Source of the DNA: Callorhinchus milii
Taxonomy: Eukaryota
Assembly: GCF_018977255.1 (NCBI RefSeq)
Contig: NW_024704743.1
Location: forward strand, 55,244,001 to 55,308,000
Length of the DNA stretch: 64,000 bases
Direction of reading: 5' to 3'
The number at the start of each line of letters is the position of its first letter. The first letter of the stretch is position 1. A model generated the notes under the pieces. The model searched no databases. It worked only from the letters and a program-made list of their open reading frames with translations, and had not been told where the DNA came from. The translations under genes and the position numbers were made by a program. Positions 12,170 to 24,630 of the stretch are shown here, piece by piece.

Positions 12170-12448
12170 AGGCTGACACGCCAATACAGTGCCGGCATAC
12201 TGTTGGATTGTCAGACATGTCGTCCTTTGGTGGAGACTTTAAACTGATGTCTCGTCTGCCTATTCAGGAGGTTGTCAAAGATTCCATGACCCTATTTGAA
12301 AAGAGACAGACATTTCTCCCAAAGTTTTGGCCAATATTCTTCCAAATAAAATTAATCTATGCCGCTTTACAATAAACCCTGTTAGGTGCTTTTAGACATT
12401 GCAACAACTTGGTATAAGGTGCTATGTGCAATGCAAAAATTATTATTA
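12170..12448 (+). mobile_element. Deu-domain SINE fragment
   Basis: GGCTGACAC..CGTCTGCCTATTCAGG..CCATGACCCTATTTGAA..CAATGCAAAAATTATTATT. Confidence 0.65.
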
Positions 12449-14589
12449 GGGTCATGAGCTGATTGCTAACACTAGTCATCTTTGAGTTCTGAGTTCATAA
12501 TGGAATTTCCCTTAATAAACATGTAACAAAAATATTGCTGGTGATAGTGATCAATGTGTTATGGACCTCATTATTTCCAATCCTCATTGGAGAACTTTCA
12601 AATCTGCACACTAAAATGGGTAAAACTTAGGCAGTGAATGCTCTTGTAGTCTGGCATCAACTTAGCGGTATCACTTTACAATTTCAATGTAGAATTACAT
12701 GATTTTCGAGTTAGTGAGCCATGATATGCTTTAGGGCATAATTAACATTTGTTAAGCAAACATGCAGTGTTGGTAAATGGTTAAGTACTGTACTTAAGAC
12801 CTGAGACAAAGGTGAAAAGTCATTTCAATTTTCCATAAGTAAAGATTAATGAAAAGTAGGGTGAATTCTATAATAGTCTTTGAGAGGCATGCTGATAATA
12901 TGTTAAAGGTTATTGAAGATTTTTTTCATGACTTTTGTGTTAATAAGTGTCGCAAACAACATTTATTGCATCAGAGAGCAGTGAAGCATTACTGCACGTT
13001 AGTGATGTACTATATTTTTGTGATATTGGTGCATAAGCTTGCTATTAACCAGTCCACCACAAAAGACAAGTTTACACGTGCAAACTGCTGGGTATAAGTG
13101 TTTCAGCAGTCCTCCTTCTGGCTTCACAAGCAAAAACGTGCTTGCAATTGTGATGTGACATCTCTATACATCGATTTCTAAATGTTTATTGTCTTTATAA
13201 ATAGCAATTAAGGATGTTTGTGATATGCTTTGTTATACGTTATATTGGACAATCACAACACATTTTTTAAAAAAAGTTGCTAAATTAGGTGAACGAATAA
13301 AAGTAAAGTTAATAAATGATAATAAGATAAATGGAGAGTAGGAAAGGAAGAGTTGGAAGAATAAAAAGGAAAGAATGGAGGAAATTAAAGATAACAGTGG
13401 GCACTGTGTTAGAGGTTGAAATTCTCACCCAATCTACCCCTATTAGATCATTTTGTAGTAAAATTGAACAATTTGGTGGAAATTTCTTTAGTCTCAATTT
13501 GAAAGCCATTTTTCCATAGTTTGTAAAAAGAATCAGTTTTCAAATAAGACTGAATTAAACCTTTTTACATTCCAGTTTTTTTTCAAAACGTTATACAAAG
13601 TAAACATTAATAAGTGGTAATGGTGAAGATTGCTTCCGGTCGTTACTCATTAATCTGTCTTGAGAAGTTAATATGCCCTACAACACGGGTATTGTAGGTT
13701 TAACAGATCCCAAACTGGCATTTTTTGGCACAATGAGCGACTTAGTTTTCCCAATTGCAGGTCTCAGTGCTGGAGGGATGCTATGCTTACTCAGGCAGTC
13801 AGCATTAACATTATTCACATTGGAACAACAGCAGTGCTTCCCTCGAGCTATAATGCTGACATGTTTGCACATTTGTAGTAAACAGTGAGTTAATTACAAA
13901 AATTGACATTGGAGTCATTTAAATAATAAATCCTGAGAACCATGTTGAAAAATGTGCATCGAGTAAAAATCCATTTAGAATTGGTTACAGATGAGCATTA
14001 GCAAATGATAGAACAGCAATAATGCATGTTCTTTTCACACTTTTAAAAAAGATTGTTAATTTAAGTCTAATTATGTTCAAATGCCTGTACAGATTTCACT
14101 TGCATACATCTTGTATTCCAAAGAATGGTTTGTTTGTAGGAGTCAGCCAACAAACTGTTGAAGGGAACGGCTGTTCAGAAATTTTGATGTTTTTAACAAC
14201 AACTTTACACATTCATGGTGGAACCCAATAAACCTTTTTTAATCCCGGATGCTCATGAGATTTTCAGGCTGCGCATTATAGTTTTCTTTTACTAAATGCA
14301 AGAATCTTGTTAGCAATCACAAATCATATTGCAATGCGCAAATGTAAATGGAGAAAATTGAGTGCTTGAGAATGAGATATGCTCTCAAGATAATGGGCCT
14401 TGCTCCCAAAAATTCCTGATCCAGAGTTTTAAAAATCAAATTTCACCACCAAGGCCAGTCCTTGCTTTCTCACAGTATTTTATTAACTGAGCAATAGTTT
14501 GAATATTTTCCTTGTCTGGAATACAGTATAGTCACTCTCTCACCCTGGAGGAACACACTTACTTAAATCTCAAAGAGTACTAGGCTTAT

Positions 14590-15340
14590 GTTGGTGGGAG
14601 CCATTTGGCGACCCCAAAGTGTGCACTGGGGTACTGCTGGAATTTAACCAGCTAAAATCGCATAGCTTGCCATTGAAGGCACTGTCTGGCAAGCTTCCAC
14701 TGCTCGTCCAGTTAGGATCAGCCTACCTGTTAGGGTTTTGGCTTGCAGGGTTAATAGGAGCTGAGTGGGAAGCATCCTTCCCCATTGTCCTGCCAATAAG
14801 ACATGCAGACTGGTCTGACTTCAACAGTTCCTTATTATACTGTGGATCTGCCTGGCTCAGGAACCACCACCACCAACACCAACAACAAATTACACTTGTA
14901 TAGTACCCTTCAAGTCGGAAAGATGTCCCAGGGTGCTGGACAGTCGGAGGCTTTGGGACCTGAGCTGGGAGTTGAGTTCAGGAGAGGTGGAGGGGTGGAG
15001 GGGCTGAGGGCCAAAGGTATTATCAAAGAGGAAGGTCTTTAGACAATGCCTTTGGCCCTCAGGAAGGAGGCAAGAGAGGGGGTGAGGTGGAGGGATTGCG
15101 CGATAGAGTTCCAGAGTGTTGGAGCAGAGATGCTGAATGCCCGACTGCCAATAGTGGGGCCGGAAGTGCAGGGTCATGGAGCAGACCAGGCTACCATCAC
15201 AGGGAATGAACTCAATTGCGATATTCCATTGTTAGCCACATCATAGAACCAGCTCAACCCCAAGGAGAACCTACTTATCTTTCATCTAAGAAGGATTGTC
15301 ACTTATTGGTCATCCGGCAAGTACTAGAAATGGCTTGCAT
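14590..15340 (-). repeat. Unclassified interspersed repeat, copy 1, split by the L2 at 14864-15190
   Basis: Exact reverse-complement blocks with 53383-53401 (19 bp) and 53222-53238 (17 bp); homology to 53088-53219 resumes after the L2. Confidence 0.75.
14864..15190 (-). mobile_element. L2 3' fragment
   Basis: (CAC/CAA)n tail, stem-loop and 'LKTFLFDNTFG' coding. Confidence 0.8.
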
Positions 15341-16724
15341 CATCCTGCTGTCCATAGTATGGGCACACATCTCAACTCATTCAGTGATGGTTGCAGCAGT
15401 TGAAGGTGCAGAGCTTGAGCATCAGCTGCCTGCCTTTTGGCATACTGATTGAGGTAAATTCCAAGCTCTGAATGTATGAACTTGTGTTCACAAACTGCAG
15501 GTAACTCCTTCCAACAGTTGTCATCCCAAGCCTCAGAGTTTCCTCATTCAGCTATCTATCTATTTCCCCATCTCTCAATGAGTTGAGATGTCTGCCTTTA
15601 GTGTAGTGGGAGAACCTTTACAGGACAGCTTGTGATATGCTAACTACCTTGATGTTGTGGAGGCCACGTCCAATGCTAGATACTAGGTTTACTCAACACC
15701 AACTGTTTAATCCACATTCTTTTTCAAGGGGGCCTTGACAAATAGACGTGACTGTTATGAAAATGACTCTGCCTCCAGGGTGTTCAGCAACAAGTCAGAG
15801 TCAGCTGGAGCCCTCCTTCTCTGAGCTGCTTCCCTTGTTTTCCACAAATTCACCTCACTGCTTGGACTTGGTCTTCGCAAATAGGATGAAGGAAATCCCT
15901 ATGCTGCATGCCCAGGAGCTTGGAACCATAAAGGAGAACACATTGATGCCTCAAAAGAACTCCAGAGTTTGAGAACAGTTTGGACACAGGTCTTATATGA
16001 TACACATCTCACCAGCACTGTCACTTTGCTACTGTTGCAGTGAGATGAGAGAAAAATAAGAAGGCCTACAGAACAACTGTTTGCTAGGTATGTTTTTGGG
16101 AAAGAATCAGGGAAAATATCATTAGAGTGCTCACACATATGTTAAAAATTATGATCCCAAGTTTTTTAAAAACATACAAAAAATTGTCTGAAATCTCCAG
16201 AAAGCAGTCATTAGAGTAAATAAGGAATAACTGGAAAACTATGGCCTGAAATAATTAAACTTCTACCTGGCCTGTGAATAGCTTTGACAGAGCAATGTAT
16301 AGCATGAAAGAACAATTTTATTATTGGATACAGAGATTTGTAAAGCTAAGACTATTGCCATTTCTATTACTATAATTAAACTTACATGCAGTTCCACTTT
16401 AGTGTCTCATAGATTCGCTGCCTTCATTATCAATTATAGTTCCAGCAATCCAAAGTTAGTATGACGCACCCTGTAATTTACCTAAATTGCTCTGTTATGG
16501 GAAATACTACCCACAGCAATTTAATGAAACCGTTGACTTTTCCTCCAGCAGTAATTACTTGACTCAAAGTATAAGCTCTCTCACTATCAGGCGGAACATA
16601 GTGGATATCTGTGATGTGGCAGATAAGCATAAGCAATCTAAATCATCAGCCAAAAGTGCCTTTTTGGGGAGGAAAAAAANCTTATTCACTAATTAACCCT
16701 GCTTTTAGAGCCCCAAAGTCATCA

Positions 16725-17056
16725 TTTTCAGAGGAGACATTAAATCAAGTCCCAGTCTGTCTGTTCTGCTAGTTCAACAGAACAAAAAGACTGGCGGGTG
16801 GCTAAGATCCCACATATTTTGAGGAAGAGCAAGGAGTTCTCCTGGTGATCTGGGCATTATTCCCAATTTAACAGAAAAATAGCAGATTATTTGGCCATAC
16901 ATTCTATTGATGTTGTGGGAAATTGCTGGCGTAAATTAGAGATGTGTATTGCCTATATGTCAGCAGTGAACAGACATTGGAGTAACTCATTATGTGAACG
17001 GTTTTCAGACCTTATAGCATACTAAACTCACCATGTCAAATGCAAGTTTTATTATT
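16725..17056 (+). mobile_element. Deu-domain SINE fragment
   Basis: GAGACATTAAATCAAGTCCCAGTCTG, GAAGAGCAAGGAGTTCTCCTGGTG, tail TCAAATGCAAG. Confidence 0.6.
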
Positions 17057-17281
17057 TTGTATTTCAGGATATTCAATGCAGATGTTCTGTGATGAGGTAT
17101 AGGAGAGAATATGCATTTTGTCTGTTTACCAGCATTATGTTTTGAATGCATTTATTTGTTTTAAATTATATAATTTTAAGATTATTATTTTACGGTTCAA
17201 CTCAGCAAGGACAAGTTCAGACATGAAATAATAAGTTGCAATTTAGAATGCAGAGCCAAATATTTTACATGTAAGCATTTA

Positions 17282-17720
17282 GGCATCAGGCTGGCTCAGT
17301 TCGTAGCACTCTCCTTTCTGAGTCAGATGGTTGTAGGTTCAAGTCCCAGAATATGACTTTAAGCTCATAGTCTAGGCTGACACTTCAGCGTAGTGCGGGG
17401 GGAGCACTGTATTTTCAGAGGTGCTGTCCTTAGGCCCTCAATTTAATGTCTAGTCCAATCTGCTTGTTTAGGTGGGCGTTAAAGTTCCCATAACACTATT
17501 GAAAAAGAGAAGGGACTTTCTCCCGATGTCCTGGCCAACAATTTTCTGGATAAAAATATTGGTCATTCACTTCATGGTTATTTGTGAGACGTTGTTATGT
17601 GGAAACAACCTGCAGCATTTATCAAATATACAGTCACTGCACACTACAGTAAATTTTATGAAGGATTTTGAGACGCCTTGATCTCTTGATAAGGTACTAC
17701 ATCAAATGCAAGGATTATTA
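17282..17720 (+). mobile_element. Deu-domain tRNA SINE, full length
   Basis: A-box TGGCTCAGTTCG, B-box GGTTCAAGTCC, Deu core, tail ATCAAATGCAAGGATTATT. Confidence 0.85.
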
Positions 17721-18749
17721 ATTTTTGCACCAAACAACTCTCCTGTTCCATAGCAGGCAGATAATTATTAAACCAATTCTGGACTTCACTAAGATCGCTG
17801 TTCTATCATGAAGGCAACATGCCCCATCATTGCTTTTATAATATCTTTCAAATGGACACCTCTAAATTTCCAAGCCTGAGAAAATTCAAAGAAGATTTTG
17901 TTTTGAAGCTGTCACTAGTTAATTTGAATAGAAGATGAATGGTACTGTTGATTGGCAGTTGTCAATTATTATTCTTGGCAAACTTCAATTTAGACCCAAC
18001 TCCATCACATAAACATGGACATTGTATGAAGCAAAACCATATTATTCCTTAGCTTTATCTCACAAACAGGTCACTTATTTGTATTTATGAATGCCAGGCA
18101 GAAGCCAGGTTGATTTCTGTCTCCAGATAAAACTGTGCTGGTAACACAACTCAGATAAAGTGGTCAATTTCAAAAGCATTCACAGCAATTAACTACCTGC
18201 CATTTTGTCACAGTCAATGTGTTGGTTTCCTAACAAAACACCCAAAGGCAAAATAAATCTGTGCTTCTTGCTTTTTCCACCGCTCACTCAACTAAAACGC
18301 GGTTCCACGTTAAGCTCATAGTTCCTGTTATTTTTGTTAACCATATGGACATTGGATTCTTTTTTCATTCCTGGGGTTTGCTCTTTGTGTTTTGTCATGG
18401 GGTATCCAGCATACACTGTAAGTCCATGGATTTAGGTTCCAGGCTATGGCTGGTGCCTGGTTTTCATTACCGCCATCATTTTGGATTTGTGTCTGTCTCA
18501 CTTGGTTTACATCATGAGACAGGAAAAGACATTTCCACAAGAAATTATACAATTTTCTTTCAATGTAACATTGTACAACATTTTCTTTACAGATAACATT
18601 AGATTTTATATGCTCCAACAAAAGTCCCATCTCTAATGGAAATTGAAATAAAACTCAAACTTGATGCGGCACCTCATCACATTGAAATAACTCAAAATGC
18701 TTCCAAAAATGTGCCACTTTTTGTCATTGATTGTTGTTATGTAACAAGA

Positions 18750-19077
18750 CACAGCAGCTGATCTGCACCAGCAAAATCCCACAAACAAGGAAATGAGCGA
18801 CTAATGTGTTCTTTTGGTAAATGTGGATAAGGCAGGGATACTGGATCGGAACTCCTGAGAATGTCTTGCTCTTTGAAATCCATCTGAACCAAAAAAAACA
18901 ACAAACAGAATCTTGGTTTCAATCTCATCCAAAGGATGGGCCTGCAACAACATGGCACTCCCTCCGCACAGTACTCAAGCACCATCTTAGATTAGGAGCT
19001 GAAATCCTTCTGTTGGCTTCAAACCCACAATTTTCTGACCCAGTGGTGAGAATGCTGCCAAGATAGCCAAGCTGAGA
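18750..19077 (-). mobile_element. Deu-domain SINE
   Basis: Reverse-complement Deu motifs GCACTCCCTCCGCACAGTACT and head TTCTGACCCAG..GAGAATGCTGCCA..AGCCAAGCTGA. Confidence 0.65.
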
Positions 19078-19889
19078 CTGGTTTCTGTAACTGAAAAGCT
19101 TGTTCTCTTTCTCATGATTCTGGAACATTTTTAGATTTTATAATATCTTTTCCCAAAACCCAAATTTCAGTTTGAAACAAGTTGTTTTTGATTGAATTAG
19201 CTACGTTGATTTGCTTTTGTCTGACGTTTACATCTCCGTTAACATTTTATGTCTGTGTGCATTTCATATGTTAAATGTTGTGAATCAAAACAAGTTTTGA
19301 CTTCAATTAAACTATTTCCAGTAACATTGTGTTACTCTACATTAAAATGTATTTCTATGGAATGTGCAGTATGTGGTCAAGTTTACTCAAGGTTTTAATG
19401 AAATCCAAAGTACATTATGTGATGTAACTGTTCATGCAAAAGGTGTAAAACAAGATGACCTACAGTGACTCTGACAAATATAGCTGACCTTTTACTAGAT
19501 ACAGTGTCACTGGGCGGGTGACCATATATGACACCAGTGTTGAAACCCTACAGGGTATTGCAGTATCTGCCAAGGATTGATGCCATCAATTACAGGGTGC
19601 CAAATGCAAGTACCTGACATGACAGCTTTGAGAATCCACAGCTCACATTCCAGCCTCCCAACGTCGGTGCCAAATGTTACAAACAAGGAACTGTAGCTCT
19701 GCTAAGTGAATTCAGATCGGATCGAGTTTAAAGTAAATTACCCTCAGATGCTCGGTATGAATGGGCCTTGCAATGGAAAATAAATCACTTGCATGTATGT
19801 CATCTTCAACGTCCAGTTTAAAAAAAAATTACGGTGAACTTAACTATTGGCCTGCCGACTGGGCTATACAGAATATTGCCTCTAATAAC

Positions 19890-19987
19890 CCCCAGTCAAG
19901 CTCCGCCACTATTAAGCACTCTGAGGCACTACGCTGCGTGGCGGGCACTATATAAGTGCAAGTTGTTGTTGTTTGTTGTTGTTGTTT
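19890..19987 (+). mobile_element. L2 3' tail
   Basis: AAGCACTCTGAG..GGGCACTATATAAGTGCAAG(TTG)n. Confidence 0.6.
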
Positions 19988-20599
19988 GCAGCTCAAATAC
20001 AGTTACTGTAAGCATCCACTCTCATCACCCCCCACCCTACCCACTCCCGCAATGATAAAGCTGCTTCAGCATTTTTGTTCATTTATTACTGTAATGGAAT
20101 CCTCAAAATTACAGCACAGGAAAGCATTCACTCTATCGAGCCTAAGATGTTACTAGCACATCCACTAAATACTCTAATCCCTGTTTGTACTGCTCCTCTT
20201 CAATAAATATTCAATTCTCTTTTAAATGTTAAAGAGGGGCAGGTTGAAGGCCAGATGGATGGTCCAATAGGAGCATATACTCACTGCAGTCATTAAAAGT
20301 TGAGGCAACTATAAAAAATTGTGGTTTGTGTTAAAAGTTATGGTTTCTGCAACAAAATTGAGATTTTCTTAAAGCCTTACCTATGGCAATATTATTTGAA
20401 AACAGAAAGGAGTTTCTCCCAATGTCTTGGCCAAACATTCCCACGTTAGAATTGATGATTAGCTTCATGGCCTCTTTTGCTTACAATATACACAGTCACT
20501 GTATTTTACAGTAAATCCAAAGAAGGGATCTAAGATTTCCTCTTGACATGAAAGTCACCAAATCGAATGTAAGGATTAATATTATTTAAAATAATTTTT

Positions 20600-20810
20600 C
20601 AATTAGAGGGTTGAGATGTGGAAATTCTGTCCCAGAAAGCTTTGGAGGTGGAATGTTCAAACAAGAGGTAAACAGATACTCGAGGTGGTAGAAGTATGGA
20701 AGTGGAAATCAAAATCGTAGCACATTGAGACTAAAGAATCTGTCAAGACTTAATAAACTAGTGGAACAGGCTTGATGAGCTGAATTACTTATTTCTGTTG
20801 CTGGTTTCCT
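20600..20810 (+). mobile_element. Old CR1 3' fragment
   Basis: GTGGAAATTCTGTCCCAGAAAG..GTGGAACAGGCTTGATGAGCTGAAT resembles the CR1 terminus. Confidence 0.55.
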
Positions 20811-20907
20811 ACAGTTCAATGGCATAGTGAGATAAACTGGGGATTGGGGAAAATGGAGATAATAGGAGCCTCTCAAAACACAATATATATTTCACTTAGC
20901 AATGAAA

Positions 20908-21856
20908 AACAACAACAACAGCAACAAGATTACATTTGTATAGCGCGTTTCACATCGGGAGGACATCCCAAGGCGCTGGACAGAGTACAGCTTTCAGACC
21001 CGAGCTGGGGATCGGGGGGGAGAAGGGAGGGGAGGGGAAGGGGGGGCCGACGGCATGGTCGAAGAGGAGGGTTTTGAGGTGGGATTTGAAGGAGGCTAAG
21101 GAGGGGGCGAGGCGTAGTGATTGGGGGATGTAATTCCAGAGGTTGGGGGCAGAGTGGCTGAAGTCTCCCACCAATGGTGGGGCGGGTGGGTTGGAGGACG
21201 TGGAGCAGGCCAGAGGCGGCTGAGCGGAGGGAACGGGCGGGTTGATAGGGGTTTAGGAGGTTGCAGAGGTAGGGTGGGGCGAGGCCATGGAGCGCTTTGA
21301 AGGTGAGAACCAGAATCTTGAACTGGATCCTCTGAAGGATAGGGAGCCGATGGTGTTGGGCGAGAATGGGGGAGATGGAGTCACGGAGTTTGGTGCAGGA
21401 GAGGACACGGGCTGCAGAGTTCTGGATTATCTGCAGCCTGTGGAAGGAGGAGTTGGTAAGGCCGACAAGCAGGGCATTTGCATAGTCGAGCCTGGAGGTG
21501 ATGAAGGCGTGAACAAGAGTTTCAGCGGCCTGAGCGGTGAGGTAGTGGCAGAGTCGGGCAATGTTACGGAGGTGAGGGAAGGCAGAGCGGGTCATGAAAA
21601 GACACTCGAGGGTCGAACACAACACCTAGGCTCCTGACTGGTTTGGTGAATTGAAATGTGCAACCATGGAGGTTGATGCTGCCAGAGCCTGAGGTGCTGA
21701 GGCGCTGGTGGGAGCCAATTAGGAGGACCTCAGTCTTGTTCACGTTCAACTGCAGGAAATTTGCCCTCATCCAGAGCTTGATATCTGACAGGCGGTCTGT
21801 CAGGACAGCAGTGGTCCTGGAGTTAGGGTGGAGGCAGAAAGATAGAGTTGGGTGTC
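20908..21856 (-). mobile_element. L2 LINE, 5'-truncated (about 950 bp), frameshifted ORF2 C-terminus
   Basis: WMRANFLQLNVNKTEVLLIG, LGVVFD, HLRNIARL..AAETLVHAFITSRLDYANALLVG..RLQIIQNSAAR..RIQFKILVLTFKALHGLAPPYL; (TTG)n tail; AAAAACAA at both junctions. Confidence 0.95.
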
Positions 21857-23639
21857 AAAAACAATCAGATCAATGAATCTAATGTGCACCATTAAATCTG
21901 ATGAACCCAATCCTATTTTTCTGGGGCACATTTACACAACAAGCAACAAATGTAACCATTGTGATTCATGTGAAGGGTATACCAATAAACAAACTAATGT
22001 CTTTAGTTATTAGCCCTTCATGGATGCAATTTTTACACTATTAACAATAAGGAACATAAAGTACTTACATCATTTCTGTAGACTATATGTAATAATAAAA
22101 TGGAAGACAAGCTACATTCACATAGAAAATAATAGACAGTCAGCAGGGATAGTTATCTAGTAACTTCTTTGAAGGAACAGATGATGTCTTTATGAGGTTT
22201 TGATTCAACATGATATTCTGATCTGGAAATCATTAGGGGAATTTACCATTCTTTTATGAAATATTCAGCGGTTTCTGTCTTATTGGCAGCAAGTATAACA
22301 ATACAATAATCCTTGCATTTGACATAGCATCTATAAATCAAGAATGTCTCAAAGCAATTCGTGGAGCTTCAGTGAAGTAGTTGTAAGCAAAGTATAATAG
22401 AGAACGTCAGTAAACAGGAAACAATGTCGTTGTGAAGATACATTAAAATACAATTTACATTTATACCTTTCATATTGGGAGGATGTCTCAAAGTCCTTAA
22501 CAAATCTAGATGGGCAAGATGTGGTCACTGTGTGTCTGGGACACTGCATGTTTATTGGGCAATAAAGTGCTGCTGACTAGCAGAATGCATAAGGTCAGAA
22601 AATAGTACATTTGGATATGTGTTAAAGAAAAGATGAGAGAAAAATGAGATCTGCAAAATAAAACACCCACTCAAAGAAAACGCTTGAACCAAAACGCACA
22701 ATGTTGCTGTTATGGTTACGAAATTCATTGTTACACTTGCAGAACATTCATTCATGAAGAATAATATAATTCTTGCCAATGGGATGTGAGAGCCAACTGA
22801 AAAGGAAGCGGTCAGAAAAGAAACATGACTTCCAAAGGGGCTTCAAATTTTATTCTAAATCTCTAACTTCCTCTTCATCTGGCAATCATATATGAAAAAG
22901 GGACAGTGGAAATTTCAGGTGCAAGACTGCTAGCTAAAGTAGCAAATACTGTGTTGATTAATCCCTTAAAAATGATCTGGGTGAATGGGATCGGTATGGG
23001 ATTGAGGGATATAGGAATAAGTTCATTAAATGCTGTGCAGTACATTATGGTTATGGTCACTGAACCAGGTGACTTTTGAAATACCATGCAAAGGCTTGCA
23101 ACCAGTCAGGGTTATGTAATGTAGACATATTTTAGACATTCAAGATTTAACTAAAGAAGTATGTGAGAAACTTTGCAGAACCCGACAAATAGGAAGAGAA
23201 AATCAAAGCACAAGTAACAACATTTTTCTCCTTTGGGCTTGTTGTTAGCTGTTTGGAGAATGACAACACTGGTAGATGTGGGAGTGAAGTATAGTTCACA
23301 ATAATGTGAATACTACATTCTCTACCTTTGTCTTTACTACATTCTCTACAGTGACCATGACCATAATGTATTGCATTAATACATTCAAAAATCTCAAACT
23401 GGACAGTTGCAAGTTCCAATAATCCAAAACTAATCCTATACTCTAATGTTATAATATCTTTAGAGTATTTTTTAGAGGGAGTTAAGATTAATCAGATGTA
23501 TTTCATTTGAAGAAAACATTGCTCCAGAACTGCTGAGGCTGGGATGGAAAACAAAATTTTATTCTGAGAAAGAGAAAGAGTATCAGAAAGTAAACTTAGG
23601 GAATTCCCAAAGTAAATGACGGAATATAACAAGATCATG

Positions 23640-23990
23640 AAAGAGGTTTGGATGAAAAAGCGCTTCGGACTGTTTGATATCTCCAGAATATCCACACTGT
23701 CATTCTCCCACCACAACATCGAGCTGCTTTTTCAATGAATCCAGTGTCCTGACCTCAACCATACTTACTGGCAACATTTTACAGTTGCTAAATACTGTAC
23801 TTCCTGGTGTCCATCCTGAAATTATGCTTTGCAACTGTAAACCTGTTGTCCTCCTGCTCTGCTCACTCATTGCATGCACAGTATTGTTCTGGGTTTACTC
23901 TTAATCACATTTGAAATCATACGCCTCTGTAAGGTCCCCTCTGAAATATCTCCTTTAAAGCTTAAAGTGCCCTAGGAATAATCTTTCTCA
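23640..23990 (-). mobile_element. Old CR1 3' fragment
   Basis: Reverse-complement homology to 2995-3150 and 7380-7600. Confidence 0.55.
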
Positions 23991-24487
23991 GTATAACTCT
24001 AGCAGAACATGTCTGATTTTAGACCCAGTACAATGAGTTTACAAGACAACAAATAGCTTCTGTTAATCAGTTAAGTCTGAGCTTTGATTAATCACAGCCA
24101 GAGTAGACTAATAATTCTCCAAATATGAGAACATCCATCAAACTTTGTGTCAGTTGAAGGTCCCCAGGCCAAAGGTTCATTAAAGTCTGAGTGCGAATAA
24201 GATGGCAATCGTTCAAAAAAGTACACGAATAGAACATTATTTTTGTATTCTATGACGTTGGTTCGTAATTGATTTTATTTAGCTATTTAGTTCATAGAGA
24301 TGAACAGTGTACTTCCTTGATCAATGGAATTCAGCATCTGTTCTTCTCCTACTTTCCCACAATTGTTGCCCAGCTTCTTTCTTGTCTGCTAAAGACAGTA
24401 CCTGGGTACAGGAACATAGGCAACAATAGCTCCAATGGTCCCTCACCCAAATAGCAACTCTTCATGTCATGGACAGTTGCAAGTTTA

Positions 24488-24630
24488 TCAACAATAACAA
24501 CAACTTGCATTTATATAGCGCCCTTCATGCAGGATGGCATCTTGGAGCACTTACCAATGGTGTAATTGGACACCAAGCCGAGGAGAGGGGAGAGGTGACA
24601 TTAAACACGTTTGAAGAGGAAATTATTCAG
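24488..24630 (-). mobile_element. L2 3' tail
   Basis: AACAACAACTTGCATTTATATAGCGCCCTTCATGCAGGAT. Confidence 0.65.

Noticed and set aside
15216..15452. ORF loosely resembling the Harbinger transposase 'NRKGFHS' region
   Set aside because: Very few identities and no catalytic residues; the DNA is explained as the continuation of the unclassified repeat.
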